Made by a program: the position numbers and the translations under genes. Positions 23,404 to 30,737 of a stretch of 31,340 nt of DNA are shown here, piece after piece. Each line of letters begins with the position of its first letter. Position 1 is the stretch's first letter. The notes under the pieces were generated by a model. The model searched no databases, was not told where the DNA came from, and saw only the letters and a list, made by a program, of their open reading frames with translations. Source of the DNA: a virus; the IMG/VR virus record IMGVR_UViG_3300025117_000025. One strand, 5' to 3'.

Positions 23404-24245
23404 TGGCAGTTGGACAGATAACAATTACGCAATATGACGGTAACATCCAATATTGCCGCGTCTATAATGGTGCCGCTTTTACGAATAATGACGCGGAAGC
23501 CACGAGCATCGGCGGCACTCCCTTTACGCTCTGGACGGATTCAAACGATTATGTTTACGTCGGTGCCGATGCAACCTTCGCTTATGTCGGATTTCGCGTT
23601 GCCACGGCAGGCGTCGGGTATGGGACTTTCACTTTTGAATATTGGAATGGCGCATGGACGGCGTTGACGGCGCTTTTTAACAATACATCCTCATTCAGCG
23701 TATCGGGCTATCTTGCATGGAGCGTTCCCGGCGATTGGGCAGCCACAACGGTTGATACTAAATCCGCATATTGGATTCGAGCCTCGCAATCCGCCGTTGC
23801 TCCCGGCACAGCCGCGACCGCCTATCATCTCTTGCGGAATCTGACACTGACAGAGCCGCTCCATAATTATGGCCCGGAATTTGAATACGACACTGTCTAC
23901 CCCGATATCAACGGCGCGCTCCACAAAAAAGACATGACTTACAAGGGGCCGTCCAAGCTGACAGTCGGGATTACGCAGATCGCCTGCACTTACGCGAACT
24001 TCCAGCTATTGCAGGACTGGAAGTTATATCGAAACTCACTTTACATTCAGGACGAGGCGGTTACGTCACCGATTGATTTAACGGCGGATTCATACTACCG
24101 GATCATGGAGGGATATCTGGTTTATGTGCCGCCCGAGATGATGGCGGCGGGGAAAATGCCGCTTGACCCGGGCGCGTATTACCCGCTTGTTTTCAAGATC
24201 GACACCATCGTTACGCAGACGAGCCTTTTAGGAAAAGCACTATGA
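23403..24245 (+). CDS. Putative distal tail protein
   Basis: Synteny only (immediately after the tape measure gene). Confidence 0.4.
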   Translation: MAVGQITITQYDGNIQYCRVYNGAAFTNNDAEATSIGGTPFTLWTDSNDYVYVGADATFAYVGFRVATAGVGYGTFTFEYWNGAWTALTALFNNTSSFSVSGYLAWSVPGDWAATTVDTKSAYWIRASQSAVAPGTAATAYHLLRNLTLTEPLHNYGPEFEYDTVYPDINGALHKKDMTYKGPSKLTVGITQIACTYANFQLLQDWKLYRNSLYIQDEAVTSPIDLTADSYYRIMEGYLVYVPPEMMAAGKMPLDPGAYYPLVFKIDTIVTQTSLLGKAL

Positions 24246-24397
24246 GCCGCTTTAAATGGTTAACAGCATGGGTTTACTGCCCCGTATGCCAGAAGGAATG
24301 GGTAGCGGTCATGCCGATTGATGCGGTAAAAGAACAGATCGAATGCCCGTACTGCGGGGCGTGTCACGCGAGGCTTTATAGCGAATGCCGCAAATAA
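24242..24397 (+). CDS. Small (51 aa) zinc-ribbon protein, below the ORF-track cutoff
   Basis: My translation is MSRFKWLTAWVYCPVCQKEWVAVMPIDAVKEQIECPYCGACHARLYSECRK. It has ATGA overlap upstream and overlaps the next start by 13 nt. Confidence 0.4.
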   Translation: MSRFKWLTAWVYCPVCQKEWVAVMPIDAVKEQIECPYCGACHARLYSECRK

Positions 24398-26754
24398 CAG
24401 TCACATTCAGTAATCCCACCTATAACCTCAATGCCGATCCCGCTCTGGGGAAAACCGCCACGGACATCCCGGTCGAGACATTTACAAAGCAACACGCCTT
24501 CGATTCGATCTCGACCGCCACGCTTTACATCAGGACGGATGTACTTTCGATTTACAGCATCGAAACCGCCGACCTGACAAACGCCTGTCAACTCAACAGC
24601 ACGGTTACGGTTGTCGAAGGCGCGGCTTACCACTTCCGGGGATACGTCCACAGCAAGCCGCTTTACAAGACTTTTGAGGAAGGGAATTATCTGGTTGTCG
24701 AGTGCATGGGATGGGATGGGATTCTCGGACAGGCCTTGTGCGTGGATGCTTCCGGAAATGACATCTGGACGCTGGAATCAAGTAAGTATGCGCTGACAAA
24801 CATGCCCTTGCAGGCGACGGCTGCTTACGGCACCTTTCAGGGCAGCACGCTTTGGCCTGACCCGGACGATGCTACGGGGTTAGAGTGTTACGTCGCGGGC
24901 GCGAATGATGTCTTGTACACGGACGGAGTAGGCACGGTGCTATCGGCTGTTGCCACAACGATTATTTTAACGAGCACGACAAAGGGCTTTGTCCCTCGCG
25001 GCTGGATTAAGATTGATTCGGAATGGATATATTTTGACGGATATGACAACTCAAATGCTGACACAAAATACCGCTTGTATAACTGCGTCCGTGGTCAGTT
25101 GGGTACGGCGGCGGCTACTCATGCGGAGGGCGTCACGGTCTACGAAAAGCTCGGCAAGCAAATCGCTCCGGCGGCACTCGACCTCCAAAACGACCCGCTT
25201 GGCGGCACGGCCTGGAAAACGGTGAGGCGCGGGGCTGAATTCGACGTCCACGACGCGCTGGGATGCTTCGTGTTACGCGATCCGGCGGCAGGCACGTATC
25301 GAGCCACTTGCTCGGTTTACGACGAGGACAGCTCACTTGACGCTGCCTCAGTACCTATTTCGTTGAACGATGTGGTGACAAAGATAATGACCGGCACGGC
25401 TGCCAACTTTGGGCCGGGGTTCGTCGCCGGTGATTTAGATTTAAGCAGCACGACCGCCGCCTTGAAAGTTAACCGCTACGATTACGACCCGCAGAAAAAA
25501 CAGCAATACGCCTTCGATGCGATTCAGGAGCTTCTTGCCGCCGTGGGTTTGGAGAATGAGATTAAGTTTTGGTACAAGCATTCGACCGGGAAATTCCGTC
25601 TGACAGTTTTGGCAAATGACACGTCCAGTTTCACGCTTCCGAACACGTCGCGGGTGGAGCATGAGTTCACGCTTGCGGATGTCTATTCAGCGATCCGGGT
25701 TGAATTCAGCGATGACCAGAACCTTAACCGCGCCTGCAAAACGTATTCATGGCATCAGGCCGCCACAGACAGCGGCACAAGTCCAACTGCTTACTGGGGC
25801 GTTGAAAAAGGCGGCGCGTCGTGGGGATGGGATTCCCATACGACCGTTACGGCTGCCGGTAACGATGATATGCAGTGGACTTGCGACGGGAAAAACGACA
25901 GCAAGGTCGGGGCGATCTGGACGAATGAGAATCCCGGCGCGTCTATTAACTTCGCTGATTTCTTTTTTGGCACAGGCACGACACCGCCGTCAATTGACCT
26001 TGATAAAATCAAACTCGCGGTCGGAAATTACAGGGCAATCGAGGGATGGAATCGCAGCACCGATAACACGACCTTTACTTGGGTTGTGCGCGTATACGGT
26101 TGTGACAATTACGACACTACCAGCGCGGCGACACGGAACGCTTCTACCTGGGTTGACCTCGGCTTTTCGATGGAAGGGACACCGGCTGCCGAAGGTTCGT
26201 GGGTCGAAGGTGAAGCCCTTGCCTTTGCCAAGCGTCGTGTAAACGCGATCCGGCTTGTGTGGGATTACATGCCCGGCCCGAAAACATCAGGGGAATATTA
26301 TTATGCAGTGCTGCATGACATCGAAATCCTCGGCAATTTAATCAAATACGCTCGTTGTCAACTGGCTTCCACAGGCGCGGGCGATGCGGCAAAGTTAGTG
26401 GCACCCGCGAGTTATGAAAAGCTCCGGGGTGGCGTGAAGGCGTCGACCGGGGTAGCAGGCTGCCAGCGCGTGAAGAGTGTCAAACTTGGTGCCGCGTCCG
26501 GTCCGGCTGCGCAAAGCATGGCGCGGATACTTTTGCTGACTTACTTGCGGATGTCCGAGATGCGCCGGTACAGTTATCAGGGCGTACTGCCCGGCACACC
26601 GGAGCTTGGCATTACGATTGCCTGCGATGAGGACAACGACACGGTCGTCGATTATACCGGCGTGCTCCGGGAGTATTCGTTTGCAATCGGCCCGGTGGGG
26701 ATTAGTGAAGCGACGGGTACGATCCTATCGACGGTACAGGCGGTGATCGACTAA
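24385..26754 (+). CDS. Putative tail tip / baseplate hub (Tal-like) protein
   Basis: Largest tail gene (789 aa), in the position after the Dit-like gene. Confidence 0.5.
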   Translation: MPQITVTFSNPTYNLNADPALGKTATDIPVETFTKQHAFDSISTATLYIRTDVLSIYSIETADLTNACQLNSTVTVVEGAAYHFRGYVHSKPLYKTFEEGNYLVVECMGWDGILGQALCVDASGNDIWTLESSKYALTNMPLQATAAYGTFQGSTLWPDPDDATGLECYVAGANDVLYTDGVGTVLSAVATTIILTSTTKGFVPRGWIKIDSEWIYFDGYDNSNADTKYRLYNCVRGQLGTAAATHAEGVTVYEKLGKQIAPAALDLQNDPLGGTAWKTVRRGAEFDVHDALGCFVLRDPAAGTYRATCSVYDEDSSLDAASVPISLNDVVTKIMTGTAANFGPGFVAGDLDLSSTTAALKVNRYDYDPQKKQQYAFDAIQELLAAVGLENEIKFWYKHSTGKFRLTVLANDTSSFTLPNTSRVEHEFTLADVYSAIRVEFSDDQNLNRACKTYSWHQAATDSGTSPTAYWGVEKGGASWGWDSHTTVTAAGNDDMQWTCDGKNDSKVGAIWTNENPGASINFADFFFGTGTTPPSIDLDKIKLAVGNYRAIEGWNRSTDNTTFTWVVRVYGCDNYDTTSAATRNASTWVDLGFSMEGTPAAEGSWVEGEALAFAKRRVNAIRLVWDYMPGPKTSGEYYYAVLHDIEILGNLIKYARCQLASTGAGDAAKLVAPASYEKLRGGVKASTGVAGCQRVKSVKLGAASGPAAQSMARILLLTYLRMSEMRRYSYQGVLPGTPELGITIACDEDNDTVVDYTGVLREYSFAIGPVGISEATGTILSTVQAVID

Positions 26755-27404
26755 TGCCGTGGGACTCAGTAGATAACCGCCTGACCCGAAACCGGACACT
26801 GGCCGACGAAATCCAGGCGCAAATCAGACGGGCGATCAATCATAGGCCAGCCAAGCCGTCCACAATAGGCGTGGGGGCACTCAAATATACCGACACTACT
26901 CCCGGGTCAGGGCAGCGGGATGTCGCCTTTGTAGACCTCACAGACACGCCGGATACTTACGTCACCGCAGGGAATATATACAAAATTAATGCAGGGAAAA
27001 CAGCATTGGAGGAAGTCGCTCCGGCTGACTTGGGGCTTGTTTCCGTACAATCATTGGCCGCCGGTTTTGCCCCTGTAACGGTAATAGCGGCAGCTTTAAG
27101 TGCGAGTGTCATAAATATAATAGCGACTCCGGGTACAATCGACTGGATCGCGATTAACATAAATGTTTGGACGCCGGATATCAGCGCGGACACGATTACC
27201 GTGACGCTTTATAAAAATAGCAGTCCGACTGATTCATTCACGAATACAGACGGGACTGCGGGAGTGAAAAGCGGAGCGGTATCGGAAGCCGTCGTGCAGG
27301 GCGACATTGTCGAAATCAAGGCACAAGTAACGACGCAGCGGTTGGGATTGGATACGATTCAGTTTAACGCATGGAGCGGGCGAGTAAGCGGGGCAATAAC
27401 CTAA
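26754..27404 (+). CDS. Putative tail fiber / receptor-binding protein
   Basis: Last structural position. The ATG overlaps the upstream stop. Confidence 0.4.
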   Translation: MPWDSVDNRLTRNRTLADEIQAQIRRAINHRPAKPSTIGVGALKYTDTTPGSGQRDVAFVDLTDTPDTYVTAGNIYKINAGKTALEEVAPADLGLVSVQSLAAGFAPVTVIAAALSASVINIIATPGTIDWIAININVWTPDISADTITVTLYKNSSPTDSFTNTDGTAGVKSGAVSEAVVQGDIVEIKAQVTTQRLGLDTIQFNAWSGRVSGAIT

Positions 27405-27445
27405 ATGGAAAAAATCGTACCGGCCTTTACCTGAGAGGTGAAGCG

Positions 27446-27679
27446 ATGGACTTAGACGATTTCCTCTATATCCTTGACGAACCGATTACGAAGCTCACGA
27501 ATGAGATCGAGCGCATCGGCCTTGAAAGCGGCATACCGATTATTCCCGGTTTAATCCGCGAGCTATTCGAGGATACAGCCGAGGAAATATTCGACGTGAA
27601 TTTTCTCAAATCCAAAGTGCGTAAGTTCTCAAAGTGGACTAAGCGCGCCTGGAAGAAAATAAAGAAGGTATTCTCTTAA
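27446..27679 (+). CDS. Hypothetical protein with a basic amphipathic C-terminus
   Basis: GAGGTG SD. The C-terminus is KSKVRKFSKWTKRAWKKIKKVFS. Confidence 0.45.
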   Translation: MDLDDFLYILDEPITKLTNEIERIGLESGIPIIPGLIRELFEDTAEEIFDVNFLKSKVRKFSKWTKRAWKKIKKVFS

Positions 27680-27984
27680 TGGAATTATCAACGCTGGATT
27701 TTATTGAAGGGCTTGTCAACCGCATCGGGCTTTCCCTCACAATCAGTATCTTTTCCATCTGGATTGTGATCGACATTTACTTGACTATTAAAAAGAAAAT
27801 TGTTAAACATTTAGAGTTGCAAACCATCAATGGTTCTGCGATTGCCCAAACAGCAAGTGACCAGCTTAAAATCTTAGAGGTCATGCAGATGGATCAAAGG
27901 GTGCATTGCGCGGAAGCTCACGATTTCATGCTCGAAGCCCGGATCAAACTCCTGGGTGACGAACCGACGGAAGGTGGAAAGTAA
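27679..27984 (+). CDS. Holin-like single-pass membrane protein
   Basis: Hydrophobic helix GLSLTISIFSIWIVIDIYLTI followed by KKK, located at the end of the late operon. Confidence 0.4.
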   Translation: MELSTLDFIEGLVNRIGLSLTISIFSIWIVIDIYLTIKKKIVKHLELQTINGSAIAQTASDQLKILEVMQMDQRVHCAEAHDFMLEARIKLLGDEPTEGGK

Positions 27985-27985
27985 G

Positions 27986-28156
27986 ATGCTAATCGCAAAA
28001 TGGATTATCGAGCGGACACTCAGGATTCAGGCTATCGAAGACAAATCCAATGAGGTCACTAAGAAATTGCAGGAGAACAAAGAGGAGTCCGAGCGGATCC
28101 TGAAGAAGCTCAACGGGGCGGTAAAAGGGGCGACGGCAACGCTGGCTGAAAAATAA
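27986..28156 (+). CDS. Hypothetical coiled-coil protein
   Basis: GGTGGA SD, ATG 2 nt after the upstream stop. This is the last rightward gene. Confidence 0.4.
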   Translation: MLIAKWIIERTLRIQAIEDKSNEVTKKLQENKEESERILKKLNGAVKGATATLAEK

Positions 28157-28203
28157 ACACGGGGGCGCGGGCGGTTCCTCCCCTCTTCCTTAAAACCTCC
28201 TAG

Positions 28204-29079
28204 TCATACAACACCACGATTCACTCCCCCGCGCTCCCTCTCAGAACAGCTTGCCCTCTGGCTCGTAAGACTTCTGAATCCCGGCCTTGCCCAATGCTTC
28301 TGTAATTTTCTCCACTGGGGATTTGTCTGATTATTTTGATTCCGATAAAGCATCGCCATCGGGATCGCCCCAAGACTCATAATCCATTCCAACCGTTCCG
28401 TAGCCTCATCGAAAGTATCATGCGAAAAGCCGATCAAAACAAAACATCGGACTGAATGACTTGCCTGTGTGAACCCAGCTTGCCAGCAATTCATAATTGC
28501 CCTCTCGACAAACTCTTTATCATCGTCGGAATCATAGGCCGTGAAAATCTGCTTTGGGTTTAATACGCGAATCTCCCGCATGATCTCGACCGTCATGTAT
28601 CGGGGATCGAGACCGCCTGTAAATTCCGGAGCATGTCGTTGCCTTCTAAGCATTTCAAAAACTGTCGCGATATGCTTCTCAGAACAAGCTAACAAATTAT
28701 CGTCCAGGATATTCCATCCCTCAGTAATCGGCAATTCCCGGATCGTACCCTCGCGCTTCCAGACGCTGCAAAACCAGCATCGGTTCGGGCAGCCCCGCGA
28801 CGTAATCACATAACCCGGTTTCAAATACATCCCCGGTGTGAAGTCCTCTCCCCTCATGCCCGTTGCGGGACCACCTATCTTGACCGTGTATCCTTGCGCT
28901 TCGTATTCATCCCGGAGTCGATTCGCCTCTGGTAAATCCCATGTAAAGGCAACACTGATATGGACTTCATCGCAGTCCTGCTTAAAGAGGGACGGCGAAC
29001 CGACCCTGACCAGTTCATCGTCGGGAGTGGCATTAGTTCGTCGTGGGAATACTCGCAGGATTTTCATTGTCTTAATCAC
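28204..29079 (-). CDS. Radical SAM enzyme with a short N-terminal cobalamin-domain-like segment
   Basis: SRGCPNRCWFCS carries the canonical Cx3Cx2C. It is preceded by VHISVAFTW...YTVKIGGPATG. The track start is GTG; an ATG at 29067 gives MKILRVF. Confidence 0.8.
   Translation of the reverse strand: MIKTMKILRVFPRRTNATPDDELVRVGSPSLFKQDCDEVHISVAFTWDLPEANRLRDEYEAQGYTVKIGGPATGMRGEDFTPGMYLKPGYVITSRGCPNRCWFCSVWKREGTIRELPITEGWNILDDNLLACSEKHIATVFEMLRRQRHAPEFTGGLDPRYMTVEIMREIRVLNPKQIFTAYDSDDDKEFVERAIMNCWQAGFTQASHSVRCFVLIGFSHDTFDEATERLEWIMSLGAIPMAMLYRNQNNQTNPQWRKLQKHWARPGFRSLTSQRASCSERERGGVNRGVV
28241..28257. repeat. 17-bp direct repeat, copy 1 (TCAGAACAGCTTGCCCT)
   Basis: Identical to 29082-29098. 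It lies inside the 3' end of the radical SAM ORF. Confidence 0.85.
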
Positions 29080-29081
29080 GA

Positions 29082-29098
29082 TCAGAACAGCTTGCCCT
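29082..29098. repeat. 17-bp direct repeat, copy 2
   Basis: Identical to 28241-28257. It lies 3 nt upstream of the radical SAM ORF's GTG. Confidence 0.85.
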
Positions 29099-29156
29099 GC
29101 GCCGCCTCGTCGCCTATGCGCTGGCTTGTCACCACGTTATGCTCGATGCCGTTCAT
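29082..29156 (-). CDS. Possible 24-aa micro-ORF between the methyltransferase and the radical SAM gene
   Basis: MNGIEHNVVTSQRIGDEAAQGKLF. Its ATG overlaps the frame-A stop as ATGA, and its last codons plus stop are supplied by repeat copy 2. Support is weak. Confidence 0.2.
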   Translation of the reverse strand: MNGIEHNVVTSQRIGDEAAQGKLF

Positions 29157-30301
29157 TCATGCACCGCCCAATCGATTCCATGCTTCTCTAACCACTCGTG
29201 AAACCTGCCCGTTACCAATGGCTTTAAGTCGGTCCACCCGATAGGCCACCCCATGAGCCACTCGACCCACGAAGGATTTAGCTGTCCCCCTATCACTGTC
29301 TGTAAATCCTTCCCCCCCTGTCCATGCTCTCCCGGACTGTTCGCACATTGCCTTTTCGGTGTCGGGTAAGCTATTCGAGTCGCAAGGTGTTGCGCTTTCT
29401 CCGGCGGTCTGCCCGTCGTTCTCGGAAGCCCGAACTCCCCGTCCGATGCTTTCGGAGTCGGGTAAGTCTGCCGGGTCGATGTCCCACCATGTGCAACGGC
29501 ATTTGGCAGGCAGTCCCCCGGTGCATGTATCCCCCGCTGACTCATGCCCTTGTAATCGCGGGACTTCGGGGACGGCCATCTGACTTGCATCGATAGCGGA
29601 GTTCCGCCCTGTTTGTATTTCGTGTTCCGACCACCCGTGTCCCCACTGGTCGGGGTTGTCCACATTATTTGTTCTGCCAGACTCCCCGGTACATAATGCC
29701 GTCCTATCGATTCCCGATATGCTGTCCGCTTTTCTACTCTGTCCTCTCCCCCGGCTATTTGTTGTACAGTCGGAGTCAAATAAACGAATCCACAATCGTT
29801 TCCGTCTGTGCGGTGCTCCGACATCATCAGCCCCGATAACTCCCCACCGGCAATCATACCCCAGTTCGGAAATATCTCCAAAGATGCGCCCCATGTATCC
29901 TGAAACAAGCAGCCCTGGAACGTTCTCCAAGAGCGCGTATCGAGGTCGTACTTCGCCAATGATACGGATTGTTTCAGGCCACATGTTCCGTTCGTCGTCG
30001 GCTCCCCGTCGCTTGCCTGCGATCGAGAATGGTTGACACGGAAAACCCGCAGAGATGCAATCCACGATTCCACGCCACGGCTTTCCGTCGAAGGTTCGCA
30101 CATCATCCCAGATTGGGAAGGCTTCGAGGATACCTTCTTCTTGTCGCCGTAACAGGACTTCTCGGCAATACGGTTCGATTTCAACTGCGCACACGATTCG
30201 GTGTCCAAGCAGTTTTGCTCCGAGAATTCCTCCACCAGCACCAGCGAAGAGTGCAAGTTCTCTAATTCCGCTATCATTGTTAGGGATAAATACCATGTCA
30301 T
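29153..30301 (-). CDS. 382-aa ORF fully overlapping the methyltransferase gene in the +1 frame (frame A); coding status unresolved
   Basis: The ATG overlaps the upstream stop (ATGA) with AAGGGG 5 nt upstream. It carries five [WYL][PT][TS]P repeats and a C-terminal LNPSWVEWLMGWPIGWT. It is the longest alternative-frame ORF in the window. Confidence 0.4.
   Translation of the reverse strand: MTWYLSLTMIAELENLHSSLVLVEEFSEQNCLDTESCAQLKSNRIAEKSCYGDKKKVSSKPSQSGMMCEPSTESRGVESWIASLRVFRVNHSRSQASDGEPTTNGTCGLKQSVSLAKYDLDTRSWRTFQGCLFQDTWGASLEIFPNWGMIAGGELSGLMMSEHRTDGNDCGFVYLTPTVQQIAGGEDRVEKRTAYRESIGRHYVPGSLAEQIMWTTPTSGDTGGRNTKYKQGGTPLSMQVRWPSPKSRDYKGMSQRGIHAPGDCLPNAVAHGGTSTRQTYPTPKASDGEFGLPRTTGRPPEKAQHLATRIAYPTPKRQCANSPGEHGQGGKDLQTVIGGQLNPSWVEWLMGWPIGWTDLKPLVTGRFHEWLEKHGIDWAVHE
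29157..30296 (-). CDS. DNA (cytosine-5) methyltransferase (frame B)
   Basis: Motif I LFAGAGGG, IV GFPCQPFS, VI LLENVPG, VIII GAPHRRKRLWI, and X-like RVDRLKAIGNGQV at the C-terminus. ATG at 30296 lies 2 nt after the homing-endonuclease stop. Confidence 0.85.
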   Translation of the reverse strand: MVFIPNNDSGIRELALFAGAGGGILGAKLLGHRIVCAVEIEPYCREVLLRRQEEGILEAFPIWDDVRTFDGKPWRGIVDCISAGFPCQPFSIAGKRRGADDERNMWPETIRIIGEVRPRYALLENVPGLLVSGYMGRIFGDISELGYDCRWGVIGADDVGAPHRRKRLWIRLFDSDCTTNSRGRGQSRKADSISGIDRTALCTGESGRTNNVDNPDQWGHGWSEHEIQTGRNSAIDASQMAVPEVPRLQGHESAGDTCTGGLPAKCRCTWWDIDPADLPDSESIGRGVRASENDGQTAGESATPCDSNSLPDTEKAMCEQSGRAWTGGEGFTDSDRGTAKSFVGRVAHGVAYRVDRLKAIGNGQVSRVVREAWNRLGGA

Positions 30302-30723
30302 AATTTCCCCTTAACTTTTTGCAATTCAATCCAGAGTTTTTCTCGTTTAGCCCAAATTTGTGGATTAAGACGATGACCGGGTTTTCCAATAAGTTTTCGA
30401 ATTTTTAGGGCAAGATCAATTTGTCTGCGTTTAACTATGCTATATTTTCGAATTGCTTTCAGGAATAATTCTGCTTCTTTACCGTGAATTCTCCATCGAT
30501 GACAGCCAGATTTAGTCATACTATCACATGTAGAACCACCAAACTTAGCATGAATTAAATCTAGTGGAGTTCTATCTTGCTGTCCTAGTTGAACACTAAG
30601 AAAATGCTCAATAAAATTTCCGCGCTGTCGTCTTATAACAGAAACGGAACCTTCTCCATCAAAAAACCCCGCTACCCATTGATTTGAAATTTTATAATTC
30701 ATAAGATAATGATAGCACATCAT
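30298..30723 (-). CDS. LAGLIDADG homing endonuclease (single-motif, free-standing)
   Basis: WVAGFFDGEGSVSV is the LAGLIDADG motif, and 134-141 aa fits the homodimeric type. GC is ~34% in three 60-nt samples versus 50-57% in the flanks. The likely start is MNYK at 30702. Confidence 0.8.
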   Translation of the reverse strand: MMCYHYLMNYKISNQWVAGFFDGEGSVSVIRRQRGNFIEHFLSVQLGQQDRTPLDLIHAKFGGSTCDSMTKSGCHRWRIHGKEAELFLKAIRKYSIVKRRQIDLALKIRKLIGKPGHRLNPQIWAKREKLWIELQKVKGKL

Positions 30724-30737
30724 TAATGTATTGTCAA
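30709..30737 (-). promoter_or_regulatory. Possible promoter carried with the homing endonuclease gene (TTGACA-17-TATCAT)
   Basis: The -35 is at complement 30732-30737 and the -10 at complement 30709-30714. The ATG at 30702 lies 7 nt after the -10, which would give a leaderless mRNA. Confidence 0.3.

Noticed and set aside
25616-26242. 208-aa same-strand alternative-frame ORF inside the 789-aa tail gene
   Set aside because: It is Arg-rich junk-like sequence with no motifs and no start context. I kept it only as a baseline for how long same-strand shadow ORFs get in this genome.
28157-28203. Expected bidirectional terminator where the two arms converge
   Set aside because: The sequence is G-rich then C/T-rich, but I could not draw a convincing hairpin with a U-tract on either strand.
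29082-29156. The GKLF micro-ORFs as RiPP precursor peptides for the radical SAM enzyme
   Set aside because: They have no Cys/Ser/Thr-rich core, no leader-like conservation and no SPASM-type extra Cys clusters in the enzyme. The shared ending is fully explained by the 17-bp DNA repeat. I kept it only as a low-probability note in the repeat finding.
29153-30301. A single sequencing or programmed frameshift as the full explanation of the two-frame methyltransferase locus
   Set aside because: It is not sufficient. The recognisable frame-A sequence starts about 250 nt upstream of the end of frame-B catalytic motifs. Motif X is back in frame B at the very end. Both frames are also stop-free in the parts a single shift would leave unused. 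Indels still need to be excluded with reads.
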